The notes: generated from the letters alone by a model not told the origin. DNA of 64,000 bases from an uncultured virus (IMG/VR IMGVR_UViG_3300026549_000072) (IMGVR_UViG_3300026549_000072); one strand, 5' to 3'. Positions 10,017 to 19,554 are shown, counted from the first letter of the stretch. Numbers and translations: made by a program.

Positions 10017-10451
10017 TCATAAAATCCCCCTTTCCTGCATTGAGCAGTAGATATTGTTTCCGATCACAATGTGATCGAGTAACTGGATACCGAGAAGTTC
10101 CCCGGCCTCCCTTATCCGCTTGGTGATTTCAATATCATCCCGACTCGGAGTCGGATCACCACTCGGATGATTATGCGCAAGCATGATACAGCTTGCGTTG
10201 GACAGAAGGGCTGTTTTGTAAATGTCGGCAACCCTTAAGCCCGCTCCAGATAATCCACCGATTGCAACAGTGCTTACATTAATCGGCTGATTTTTTACAT
10301 TGAGACACACAAGCATTACATGTTCCCGGTCGTATGTCTCCATTTCGCTTCTGAGAAGCCCGACTAAATCATCTGGGCATGAAATAGGACAGGCCGAATA
10401 TAATGACCTGTCCTCACAGAGACGGACACAAACTCCCTTGAGTTCGTACAT
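10017..10451 (-). CDS. radC: RadC-like JAB-domain protein
   Basis: DREH, AHNHPSGDPTPSRDD and GIQLLDHIVIG motifs; JAB domain only. Confidence 0.9.
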   Translation of the reverse strand: MYELKGVCVRLCEDRSLYSACPISCPDDLVGLLRSEMETYDREHVMLVCLNVKNQPINVSTVAIGGLSGAGLRVADIYKTALLSNASCIMLAHNHPSGDPTPSRDDIEITKRIREAGELLGIQLLDHIVIGNNIYCSMQERGIL

Positions 10452-10466
10452 TTTTGCTTTCCTCCA

Positions 10467-10826
10467 TTACTTACAGTTGATTGGTACGTCTGTAAGAACA
10501 TAGTCCCAGCGTGTACCGAAATGCGTGACTCCCCACAGGTGCATATCAAGGTTAGCGTTGTAATACACGACCTCGCCAATATCCTTCAGGATGTCGGCTC
10601 CAGTGTCATCAACGATAAACCACTGGAACACTTCCTGTTCTTCATCCTCTTCTGTGAATCCGCTTTCCTGCTCCCAGTAAAAGCCGGCGTTTTCCGTTGC
10701 CGACATGATATCGTTGTTTAAAACACAGTCAAAAGCCTTTGAGAGGGTTCCATAGTCAAGAAATCCGCATTTCTGACCGTATGCGCTAACCTCGTTTCCA
10801 TAAAAATACTTTCCTGTAATTTTCAT
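10467..10826 (-). CDS. Hypothetical phage protein
   Basis: GGGAG RBS before MKITGKYFYG; WGVTHFGTRWDYVLT C-terminus. Confidence 0.7.
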   Translation of the reverse strand: MKITGKYFYGNEVSAYGQKCGFLDYGTLSKAFDCVLNNDIMSATENAGFYWEQESGFTEEDEEQEVFQWFIVDDTGADILKDIGEVVYYNANLDMHLWGVTHFGTRWDYVLTDVPINCK

Positions 10827-10919
10827 GTTGCTCTCCCTTCCGGGCATTTGCCCTTTGCGATTTATTAGGTCATGAAAAAGGACAAGCCTTTCGCTTGTCC
10901 TCAACCATCGCCTAACAAA

Positions 10920-11168
10920 TCAGACTTTGTTCGCTTCTATCCTCTCGTCACGAAGCCTATTTGCTTCGGTTAAATACGCCTCATCCCCTGTTTTGAGATA
11001 AAGGTATTTATACGTTAAAATCTCTTCTCCGTAGGCAATATTACCTACGTTTCTTTCCAGATTTTCAATGTGCCAAGATAAGTTAGCAATCTGCTGTGTC
11101 ATCATGGCCACACACTGCTCCAGCGTTGCATTTCTTCTTTTCAATTCCTTCATCGTCATTCTTGCCAT
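10920..11168 (-). CDS. Hypothetical coiled-coil protein
   Basis: 82-aa ORF, GAGGGG RBS. Confidence 0.65.
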   Translation of the reverse strand: MARMTMKELKRRNATLEQCVAMMTQQIANLSWHIENLERNVGNIAYGEEILTYKYLYLKTGDEAYLTEANRLRDERIEANKV

Positions 11169-11180
11169 TTTATTCCCCTC

Positions 11181-11405
11181 TTAAAAGCAGAGATACGGCA
11201 GACATCTCGTAGGATCCCACGGGTCTACACATAACTGCATGATGTCATCGACCGCATATTCAGTGCTACTACAGACTGCCTTGTGGTTTTTACACCACGC
11301 CTCAAGATAGCGTTTCGCTTCTCCATAGGACATATCTGCAAGGCGCTCGGCAAAATAGTTTTCTATTTGCTTTGCGCTACCAAAATAAATCCGTTCTCTT
11401 GTCAT
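11181..11405 (-). CDS. Hypothetical protein
   Basis: 74-aa ORF, AAGGAG RBS. Confidence 0.65.
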   Translation of the reverse strand: MTRERIYFGSAKQIENYFAERLADMSYGEAKRYLEAWCKNHKAVCSSTEYAVDDIMQLCVDPWDPTRCLPYLCF

Positions 11406-11483
11406 GATTTCTCCTTTCTCTTACCTTGTTGAATCGCTCAAAGAAAGAGAGAAGGACAAGCCTTCTCCCTAACTTTCAACGGT

Positions 11484-11720
11484 TCATTCGGAAAGAACCT
11501 CTCCAGTTCTGTTATCAACAATTCTGTTATCGCTGGACAGCGACAGTTCCTCAGAGAAGATGAGGAATGCCTGTAAAGTTCCAGAAATATGAGCGAGGTT
11601 TTCCTTGAGGCGCTGAATCTCAGCCTTCATCTTGGCGTTCTCCGCCTTCAAATCACGGCACTCCCCTACCTTCTTAAAGAAGCGCTTTTTGTTCGCTTTT
11701 CGCTTCGTAAAATTTGTCAC
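11484..11720 (-). CDS. Hypothetical coiled-coil protein
   Basis: ORF in the early operon; start uncertain. Confidence 0.55.
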   Translation of the reverse strand: MTNFTKRKANKKRFFKKVGECRDLKAENAKMKAEIQRLKENLAHISGTLQAFLIFSEELSLSSDNRIVDNRTGEVLSE

Positions 11721-11747
11721 GAAGCAGTCTTGCGATAGAGCTTGTTG

Positions 11748-12059
11748 TCATTTCAAGTTCCCTTCTCCGAGTTCGGTATAATCAACAATTTCCATTGCCT
11801 CATGGCTTCCCTTGCAGAAGGCCAAAATTTCCTGGCCGACTTCAAGCTCATCTGCAAAGATTCCATACGCTTCACCTTCACAATCTACCAGAGAAACATA
11901 TCCTGTATTCTGGTCAATGTAGGTGACGCACATCTTACGCAGATTAAATCTCGGAGCTAATAAAACAAATCCAACAACAAGGATCACAAAAATGACACGA
12001 TAAAACTTTTGCACTAAAAAAAGCGCCCCACGAAGGAGCGCCATAGCTGCTTTTTTCAT
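11748..12059 (-). CDS. Hypothetical membrane-anchored protein
   Basis: Hydrophobic VIFVILVVGFVLLA segment; GAGGTG RBS. Confidence 0.65.
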   Translation of the reverse strand: MKKAAMALLRGALFLVQKFYRVIFVILVVGFVLLAPRFNLRKMCVTYIDQNTGYVSLVDCEGEAYGIFADELEVGQEILAFCKGSHEAMEIVDYTELGEGNLK

Positions 12060-12068
12060 CTTTTCACC

Positions 12069-12368
12069 TCACCTCTTGTCATGCATTTCCATCAGCCACT
12101 CAAAAACCAGTTCAGCAGCGACGGTTCCGGCATACATCAGAACATTGTCAGAATACGCTTTCCACTCTTCGTGGATTAGCCTCTCCTCTTCATCAGTAAG
12201 CGCATAGCATACCCACTTACCAAATTTGAACGGCTCGCCACGCTTCGCACGCCCAGTGTCAATTCTTTCCTGGATTATGTATTTATCCAGTTCTGGCGTA
12301 AAGCTAATAAGACCGATAGCACGTAAATCGCCACACCACATCAGATGCTCATCATGCACAATAATCAT
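12069..12368 (-). CDS. Hypothetical protein
   Basis: 99-aa ORF, GGAGG RBS. Confidence 0.65.
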   Translation of the reverse strand: MIIVHDEHLMWCGDLRAIGLISFTPELDKYIIQERIDTGRAKRGEPFKFGKWVCYALTDEEERLIHEEWKAYSDNVLMYAGTVAAELVFEWLMEMHDKR

Positions 12369-12598
12369 TTGTTATCCTCCCAAAGATGTTTTGCTCCGTT
12401 TGCCTTTAAAGCTTCAATTACGTTCGCTTCCTGTTCCTTTTTACAAATAAACTCAAAGCGACTCTTTGTAGATATACTGTCACATTCACACTCAAGAGCG
12501 ATTTTGAACAACAAGTCAAGTTCTTCTTCTGAATCAAACTTGACAAAGATAACTCTCTCACTGTTATATTTTGCCGCACTACGTTTTTTGATAAACAT
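12365..12598 (-). CDS. Hypothetical protein
   Basis: 77-aa ORF, AGGAGG RBS. Confidence 0.65.
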   Translation of the reverse strand: MFIKKRSAAKYNSERVIFVKFDSEEELDLLFKIALECECDSISTKSRFEFICKKEQEANVIEALKANGAKHLWEDNK

Positions 12599-12612
12599 TA
12601 CATACCTCCTCT

Positions 12613-12837
12613 TTAAATATTTACACCCTCTCTACGAAGGATTTTTCTGATGTTTTCAATTTTTGCACGAAGAATCTCTCCGAGTTCGATATCCATATCG
12701 TCATTGATACATTCGTCGAAATCTGCGTACTCATACTTTAGCGCATAAGCAATTGACGAGAAGGCTTCACGCCTTCCCGCCTCATATCGTTCGCACATCT
12801 TTATTGCACAATCTGTATCACTCATCTCGCACTCCAA
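12613..12837 (-). CDS. Hypothetical protein
   Basis: ORF in the early operon; start uncertain. Confidence 0.6.
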   Translation of the reverse strand: MECEMSDTDCAIKMCERYEAGRREAFSSIAYALKYEYADFDECINDDMDIELGEILRAKIENIRKILRREGVNI

Positions 12838-13142
12838 TTCGCATATTTCTGCTCGTTAAGCATATCCATATACTTATGTGCCTCGGCATTGTGGTCGTGA
12901 TATTCACGCTTTCCACGAGTGAATTTGTCAGACCCATACGGAATAAACGGCTTTCCGCCCATATTACGCCATGTGTTACCCTGGCGCACACGGCATTTAC
13001 CGCTTTCATCATCGCTCCTCACGCTCGAGACATCATCAAGAGCTTTGTAAGTTGCTCCTGGTGCGTTCTCAAACTCCATCTTGCTCTCAGACTGCAATGC
13101 ATAAAACTTACGCCAGTACGCTTTTGAGTGATGTTTACTCAT
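12822..13142 (-). CDS. Hypothetical basic protein
   Basis: GGAGG RBS before MSKHHSKAYW. Confidence 0.65.
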   Translation of the reverse strand: MSKHHSKAYWRKFYALQSESKMEFENAPGATYKALDDVSSVRSDDESGKCRVRQGNTWRNMGGKPFIPYGSDKFTRGKREYHDHNAEAHKYMDMLNEQKYANWSAR

Positions 13143-13170
13143 AATACACCTCCACATTTTTTGCTACAAA

Positions 13171-13258
13171 AAGTGTGTGTGGAATCGAACCACAAAGGAC
13201 CTGGTCGTCCTCCCGTCGTTCCTACAAGCTAAAAGCGAGGAACGCCAACGGCACACCT
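13171..13258 (-). ncRNA. tRNA-like structured RNA candidate (7-bp closing stem, long arm, short arm, canonical T-arm; no D-arm)
   Basis: Minus strand AGGTGTG/CACACTT; CCGT..CGTTCCT/AGGAACG.ACGG; AGGAC/GTCCT; TGTGG-TTCGATT-CCACA. Confidence 0.55.
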
Positions 13259-13494
13259 AATATGAGCGTATGGGATTGAGTCGACTATATTTGCGGTTCC
13301 ACGTACCGCCCATCAAACGTGCAGCATGCACTTTAGCCACGTTGTTCACATGGTCTATCTATGATGATTGTATGCACTGATATTTTTCAACCAGCGACTT
13401 ATTAAGCGCAAAATATAGCAAGGGTCTTTCACCTTAAAGTGCGCTCAAATTTGAGCATGATAAACCATGCTCAAAGTTCAACACATTTTAAGCC

Positions 13495-13524
13495 AAAAAA
13501 AATAAGCCCCTCAGAGGAGGGGCT
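13495..13524 (-). terminator. Intrinsic terminator after the first early gene
   Basis: AGCCCCTC/GAGGGGCT stem followed by a T-run on the minus strand. Confidence 0.75.
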
Positions 13525-13543
13525 ATTCAGTTTTTTGCCGTAT

Positions 13544-14206
13544 TTAGTGTTTCATGCACTCCGGCGCGGTATATTCCCCACCTGAAAAAGCAGTGGGAAA
13601 CGCCCAGTTAATACCGTCATAGAGGAAAGCACGAAACGCTTTTACAGCGTTACGCTTTACAGCGCTAATTGTGCTTGCGTCTTTTACAAGTGTAGCTTTT
13701 TTCGTAACATTGCCTTTTTTATCCATCTTGTTACCGCTGTTTGTAGCCTTGACGGACTTCGAACGGTCAGCAATCCATCCATAAAGGACGGTCGGAAAAT
13801 TACCAAAATCCTTTAATCCGCACTTAGCAAGTATTGCGGACGTTGCTGATATTCCCATCTCAGGCCGATCCTCAATGACAGCACGACCGATTCCTTCGAA
13901 GAAATCAAATGTGGTATTTCCTTCGAACCCGTATAATTCAACATGCGCAAGTGCCTGGCCGAATTCGGCAAGTTTTTTCTCCTCATCAGACTTACACTCA
14001 ACATAGTCATTTTTAGAAGCGCCGTATTCGTCAAGTTCGGTTTCTCCGTCATCAGCGATGCTATCGCACTCAAATGTTGCAAGACGATAGTCCGCAACGT
14101 ACCACCTGCCGATAATGTGAAATACTTGTAAATCAAGCTTTCCCCAATTTTCGCCTTTGTGTACATCTTCGATAGTTCTAACGATACTCTTTTTTGCCAT
14201 TGTCAT
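13544..14206 (-). CDS. First early gene, hypothetical protein
   Basis: 220-aa ORF between a consensus promoter and a terminator. Confidence 0.8.
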   Translation of the reverse strand: MTMAKKSIVRTIEDVHKGENWGKLDLQVFHIIGRWYVADYRLATFECDSIADDGETELDEYGASKNDYVECKSDEEKKLAEFGQALAHVELYGFEGNTTFDFFEGIGRAVIEDRPEMGISATSAILAKCGLKDFGNFPTVLYGWIADRSKSVKATNSGNKMDKKGNVTKKATLVKDASTISAVKRNAVKAFRAFLYDGINWAFPTAFSGGEYTAPECMKH

Positions 14207-14306
14207 TTCCTCGCTTTCTTTGATATGATGTATTTAGTTTTTTGTTGGAAATCTTTCATCCTGCTGACGGAGTTGCAAGGCGTCTTTCATCCCTTCCGAC
14301 AATACC

Positions 14307-14335
14307 ATTATAAGCCATATAGGTACTTATTGCAA
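14307..14335 (-). promoter_or_regulatory. Strong sigma-A-type early promoter
   Basis: Minus strand TTGCAA-17 nt-TATAAT. Confidence 0.75.
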
Positions 14336-14369
14336 CGCCTGGCGGGTCATCTTAAGAAAATCTTAAGAA

Positions 14370-15260
14370 TATCTTATTTAGTGGGATTATATGGTAACTA
14401 TTATTAATATATGCTATTAAATTGTATTTTATATGATATAAACGCAGCTTAAATGAGTAAATATCAAATCTTCCTATTCCGTCTGATGATTACTTATAAT
14501 GTATTATTTAGTATTACTATATGCGATAACTCCGGCGCTTATGGGATGATAGCGGTTTAGATGGTATTTAGTATTACTTTATGGAATAATGAAGGATAGT
14601 GTATGATGTTATAGGATAGTGTAAGAGAAGGCGCCAGGATATAGGAAACATTATTATTATGCGATATGAAAAATCATTTTTTCGGATATATTCAGACGTA
14701 ACGCCAGGTTATATTATTTAGTAATACTTTATTCTATTATATAAGATTTGGTACGCAAACAAACTATAATTTGTTAGATATCATACGGGGTAGTTAAAAG
14801 TATTACTTTATCATATTTTATCATATCCCCAGTAAGTTGGTAATCTTCTACACCCACTTCGAAAATTCAATTTTCATTTTTTTATTTTTTAATTCAAAAT
14901 CATTCAATAAATCAAAAAAAATCTTATTTTTGTTTCAGAATTAAAAATTTAAGATCACTTTTTTTAAATTTTAATTATTGTACAGCCGCGAAAATTAGGT
15001 ATCACTCAATCGCGATTGGGTATTGACAATTCGAAATTTTGTGGTACCCTATAATACTTATAATACTATCACTTATAATAACTGTTATTATGAGTAAGAG
15101 TCTTTAAGTTATAACTTATACTGTTGTTACTTATAACAACTGTTATTATGAATTAAAGAGTATTAAATATTATTTCAATCCAACTAACGTTGGATTGAGT
15201 AGTATAGTTTATAATACTGTTATCTGAGATAAGACTCTTATAATAATAACTATTAGCCGC
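14370..15260. repeat. AT-rich divergent intergenic region with short direct and inverted repeats (possible origin or terminus region)
   Basis: TATTTAGTAWTACT at about 14505, 14565 and 14715; AACTGTTATTATGA at about 15080 and 15139; TCAATCCAAC/GTTGGATTGA inverted repeat at about 15176-15199; coding strand switches here. Confidence 0.5.
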
Positions 15261-15296
15261 CACCTTAAACCAGGTGGCGTCTATCTATTCCTCTCT

Positions 15297-15366
15297 TAAT
15301 CAAAATAGATGTTGCAAACTCTTCCATCCTGTGATACACTATCCACAAAGATAATTAAAACCGATG
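15297..15366 (+). promoter_or_regulatory. Sigma-A-type promoter of the rightward operon, flanked by the 15-bp motif
   Basis: TAATCAAAATAGATG (15297-15311), TTGCAA-17 nt-TACACT (15312-15340), TAATTAAAACCGATG (15352-15366). Confidence 0.7.
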
Positions 15367-15389
15367 TCTCACATTACGAAAGGATAACC

Positions 15390-16265
15390 ATGAACAACAT
15401 CATTACATTCAATCACAATGAACTTGGAACTATGCGAGCAGTTAATAGCGGCGATATGCCCTGGTTTGTAGGTAAGGATGTAGCCGAGCGACTTGGGTAC
15501 TCAAATCCATCAGATGCTATCTACCGCCATATTGATGATGAAGACAAACAAGTAGTCATGCTTGACATACCGGCTGATCCGCAAAACACAGATGAGCCTC
15601 AGAAGTCAATCGGTAAAGCCAGCACAACTCTCATCAACGAATCTGGTATGTACTCTCTCGTGCTTCGTTCTAAGTTACCGGCAGCTAAGCGATTTAAGCG
15701 TTGGGTTACTTCCGAAGTCTTACCGTCACTCAGAAGAAGCGGAACATACTCAATGAACAAGATCTCAGCCGAACAGAACCGTATTCTCATTGAGACTAAT
15801 AATCAGCTTGCTGCTGTTATCGCCAAGTACGAGAAGCTCAGCTCAAGACTTGACGACGTTAACGTTCGACTTGATGCTCTTGGTAACATGTCTAATCGCC
15901 AGGTAGATTTACTCTCTGCTCTCTTACAGCATGAGACTACACCTGTTGCTACCGCTGAGAAAGCTACCGCTATCACTTTCTCACCTGAAGCTCTTGGTGT
16001 TAGAGCAATGGCTAAGGAATTTAACGTAAAGCTTAAACCTTTTGTTGAATGGCTTATTAATCATCATATTTTCAGACGTAACAAATATGGCAACCTTTGT
16101 CTGACTGACAGATATGAGAAGTGTACCGACTCATTCCAGATTAGCACCTTCAAGCGCTGGAATATGGAAGAGCCTTCTGTGTCTGTTAGGGTTACCGCAA
16201 AAGGACGTAAGATTATCTGGGATGCTATTCAGCCCGACATTAGCGAAATGAGGAAAACGAAATGA
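15390..16265 (+). CDS. BRO-N domain phage antirepressor with ANT/KilAC-like C-terminus
   Basis: PWFVGKDVAERLGYSNP, INESGMYSLVLRSKLPAAKRFKRWVTSEVLPSLRRSGTY; C-terminal RVTAKGR. Confidence 0.9.
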   Translation: MNNIITFNHNELGTMRAVNSGDMPWFVGKDVAERLGYSNPSDAIYRHIDDEDKQVVMLDIPADPQNTDEPQKSIGKASTTLINESGMYSLVLRSKLPAAKRFKRWVTSEVLPSLRRSGTYSMNKISAEQNRILIETNNQLAAVIAKYEKLSSRLDDVNVRLDALGNMSNRQVDLLSALLQHETTPVATAEKATAITFSPEALGVRAMAKEFNVKLKPFVEWLINHHIFRRNKYGNLCLTDRYEKCTDSFQISTFKRWNMEEPSVSVRVTAKGRKIIWDAIQPDISEMRKTK

Positions 16266-16450
16266 CATCAAAGCCGATAATTAAACTTACCGAAAGCGAA
16301 TCTGGAGATTGGTCAATTCTTACCGCAGGAAGTTTTGAACGCTCAAATCATTCCATTGGTAAATCAGAATTTTTGGATTTGCTCTTATACCTTGGTTATG
16401 ATATTGACTATCAGATTATTAGCGATGAAGAAATGGAGAGATTAAGTTAA
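16262..16450 (+). CDS. Hypothetical protein
   Basis: 62-aa ORF, translationally coupled. Confidence 0.65.
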   Translation: MTSKPIIKLTESESGDWSILTAGSFERSNHSIGKSEFLDLLLYLGYDIDYQIISDEEMERLS

Positions 16451-16776
16451 TGGATGCAGTTGATTTTATTAAGACTAGAGATAGAATGTGTATGCACTAC
16501 CATGGATGCAATGGGTGTCCAATTGATCAGCAGAATACGCTATGTGAAGACTACACCGTAGAGCATCCAGAAGAAGTTGTAGAGAAAGTAGAGGAATGGA
16601 TTAAAACTCATCCGATTAAAACTAACGCAGACAAGATTGAAGAGCTAACAGGAACCGAGATTAGCGTTGAAGCCGATAATAATTTTTATTCTATACACAT
16701 CAAAACAGATGGTAATACCGAATATGGCGTTGCTAAACTAAAGAAATGGCTCGAATCAGAATACGTGGAGAAGTAA
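16450..16776 (+). CDS. Hypothetical Cys-containing protein
   Basis: MC..CNGCP..C motif; translationally coupled. Confidence 0.7.
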   Translation: MDAVDFIKTRDRMCMHYHGCNGCPIDQQNTLCEDYTVEHPEEVVEKVEEWIKTHPIKTNADKIEELTGTEISVEADNNFYSIHIKTDGNTEYGVAKLKKWLESEYVEK

Positions 16777-19554
16777 ATGCTAGACAAACAGATACACTGC
16801 TGGACGACTGATACCGGCAACTACTATACCGCTCATGAACGTCGACTTCATAATCTCAACCAACGCTTTCGTACAGAAAGAAATCGGGTAGCAGAATCAA
16901 TCAAACAACTTGAATCGAAGATTTCCTCACCCGATACTCCAGAGTCCGAAATCAACTCACTAAATCTTGAGTTAGACAAACTTCACGAGATAAAAGAAAT
17001 GAAGACGGCGGGGGCACATAAAAGCAAAGCTGCACTAAAGCAGTTGATAGCTAACAGGGTGAACCAAAATATCCTGACAAACGGACGAGATCATAAAAAC
17101 GTCCTTGACGAATCCGGCCTCTCTCCTGCTTCTGTTATATCCGTATTTGAATCTAATCTCAGTCGAACTATCGGAGCAAAGACAAACGAATTTACCGATG
17201 ACCTTATTACCGTCCAGATATACTACTACGAACTGTTCAAGGATTTGGCGTACTTCGGATTCTGGTATAAAGGTGAACACTATATCTACTTCTCAAGTTC
17301 AGCCGGTCAAATCAGACGGAAGAAAGCAGTCTTCATAAAAGAGTCAACCTGGGAGCGTTGTCAGCGGACTATCATGTGTGGTCTTACCATCGACACTATC
17401 AACGAACATGGTGGTTGTAACGCTAACAAGTATCTAGCGTACCTCGCACTGCAAAACTCAGCAACAGACCCATGGGAAGAATTCGACATTGATAAGTCAA
17501 TTGTTATCGACGACTTTGAGACTGAGGTTCTCGGTACGTTCGACAACATCGACGATATTACATATAAAGTCGAGCGAACCACAAACAAAGTTACGATAAC
17601 ACACACAGACGGTGCAGGTATGATGCTGCCTAGGCTTGGGCCAAATCGTATGGTACGTGCTCCATTTATCAAAGGACTTCTCGGTGTATTCGACTTCCGT
17701 AAGTTTATTGAGGTTAACAGCGGTACAACAAAGATTAAAGATATTTACGGTAAAGAACATGACATTATCGCTGAGGACATTGAGGTTATCTTTACGAAGT
17801 CTCAGTTTAAGATGTGGAAATACTATGACTCATGGGATCAGTACAAACAATACTATCATGAGTTTGGATGCATGACTGGATACTGCAACCCAGAAAGAGA
17901 ACGTATACCGAACAACCGACTTACCTATCAGATGCTTCAGTCTCTTACCGATTATACCGATGAGGAGTTTCAGATTATGGTCGGCGCTTCCAACGCTAAG
18001 CTTGAGAATCTTAGTTCTTCGGTAAAGAACATGCAAAACGTGTTTGGTGCTACTCTTTACAACCAAGACCCAACTCCATTCCAAGAAGCAATCAGATTGT
18101 ATCCTGAACTTCTGAACGATGAGTATGCGAAGATTACTATTCGAGGTATTAAGGATAGCCTGGTCAAAGAGTACCGCTCGGGGAAGATTGATGTGCGTGG
18201 CAAGTATGCATTTGTATTTCCAGACTTCTATGCTGCTTGTCAGTACTGGTTCCTTGGCAACCCAGACCCAGACGGTTTACTTAGAGATGGTGAAGTCTAC
18301 ACCAGGTTATTCCCAAACGACGAACGTCTTGATTGTCTGAGGAGTCCACACCTATATCAAGAACATGCTATTCGGTACAACCTTGGATACCGTGGATGTG
18401 GACAGCGTAGAGACAGAGCTGCCGAATGGTTTAACACAAACGGTATCTACACATCGTGTCATGACCTTATCTCTCGCATTCTACAGTTTGACTGTGACGG
18501 TGATACTCTTCTGGTTATCGCTGATGAAAACTTCGTGCGTGTTGCCGCAAGAAACATGAGGGGTATTGTGCCGCTCTACTATGAAATGAAGAAGGCTGGT
18601 TCTACTCCGCTGAATCGTGAAACTATTTATAACGGACTTATCATGGCATTCAGACATTCAAATATTGGGATTTACTCCAATAGTATTTCAAAGATTAAAA
18701 ACAGTCCTGAATTCCTGAGTAATGGCCCGGCGCATGATGAGGCTTTGTTGGCTGTTAAACTTTTAACAATGGAGAATAATTTCTGTATCGATGCCGCCAA
18801 GACTTTATACATGCCTGAGCGTCCTAAAAACGAGCAAGCAATGCTCTCTCGCTACACATCAGTAAAGCTTCCGAGGTTCTTCGTCTTTGCTAAAGACAAG
18901 CGTGAGAATCAAACCCTACCTCCGAATGATAGCATTGTTAACAGGCTGTTTAACTCTATCGTTAATCCGAGACTTAACTTCAGTAAGATTGGTGTAGGGA
19001 GACCAGATTGGAAGATGCTCGTGTCTGATCCAGATGTCGAAGTAGATCAAAGAGTTATTGATAGGTATGCAGAGCTTAGCCGGGACTATCATCTTAAGAT
19101 GAATCCAACTAATTACAATGCTTCGTATCTTGCGACCATGATAAAGAACGACCTTGAACAGTTCGGGTACGACAGCTATCAGCTTGCAGATATGTTAGTC
19201 AAGCATCTTTACTCTACTAACAATAAGCGCAAGGAAGTTTTATGGAGAGTATTCGGTGGTGAGATTCTTGAACACATGAGAATGAATATTCCAGAACCTA
19301 AGACCAGGGTTGTGCAGTGTGTTGATTGCGGTGAGTATTTCGAGGTTCCAGATAAAGCGAGGCATATCGAACGATGTCCAGAATGTCAATCAGAATACCG
19401 TAAATTTCAAAAGTCTATCATGAATCGTAACGTAAAAATAAACAAATATATATCTGGATTAACAATACCAAAGAATATATTAGAGTACATTGATTCTTGT
19501 AATGGAGAATATATAAATAATCCAATATATACTTTTAGGACAAATCAAAATTAA
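16777..19554 (+). CDS. YonO-like single-subunit (two-barrel) DNA-dependent RNA polymerase
   Basis: Catalytic QFDCDGD (DxDGD), RSPH, HTDGAG, RAPFIKGLL and SSAGQIR motifs; C-terminal CxxC..CxxC; 925 aa with no TAG. Confidence 0.85.
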   Translation: MLDKQIHCWTTDTGNYYTAHERRLHNLNQRFRTERNRVAESIKQLESKISSPDTPESEINSLNLELDKLHEIKEMKTAGAHKSKAALKQLIANRVNQNILTNGRDHKNVLDESGLSPASVISVFESNLSRTIGAKTNEFTDDLITVQIYYYELFKDLAYFGFWYKGEHYIYFSSSAGQIRRKKAVFIKESTWERCQRTIMCGLTIDTINEHGGCNANKYLAYLALQNSATDPWEEFDIDKSIVIDDFETEVLGTFDNIDDITYKVERTTNKVTITHTDGAGMMLPRLGPNRMVRAPFIKGLLGVFDFRKFIEVNSGTTKIKDIYGKEHDIIAEDIEVIFTKSQFKMWKYYDSWDQYKQYYHEFGCMTGYCNPERERIPNNRLTYQMLQSLTDYTDEEFQIMVGASNAKLENLSSSVKNMQNVFGATLYNQDPTPFQEAIRLYPELLNDEYAKITIRGIKDSLVKEYRSGKIDVRGKYAFVFPDFYAACQYWFLGNPDPDGLLRDGEVYTRLFPNDERLDCLRSPHLYQEHAIRYNLGYRGCGQRRDRAAEWFNTNGIYTSCHDLISRILQFDCDGDTLLVIADENFVRVAARNMRGIVPLYYEMKKAGSTPLNRETIYNGLIMAFRHSNIGIYSNSISKIKNSPEFLSNGPAHDEALLAVKLLTMENNFCIDAAKTLYMPERPKNEQAMLSRYTSVKLPRFFVFAKDKRENQTLPPNDSIVNRLFNSIVNPRLNFSKIGVGRPDWKMLVSDPDVEVDQRVIDRYAELSRDYHLKMNPTNYNASYLATMIKNDLEQFGYDSYQLADMLVKHLYSTNNKRKEVLWRVFGGEILEHMRMNIPEPKTRVVQCVDCGEYFEVPDKARHIERCPECQSEYRKFQKSIMNRNVKINKYISGLTIPKNILEYIDSCNGEYINNPIYTFRTNQN

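Noticed and set aside
246..14131. Plus-strand ORFs in the early region (for example 937-1563, 4159-4791, 5571-6116)
   Set aside because: They overlap well-supported minus-strand genes and lack RBSs.
14370..15260. CRISPR array in the repeat-rich intergenic region
   Set aside because: The repeats are short, degenerate and irregularly spaced, with no repeat-spacer periodicity.
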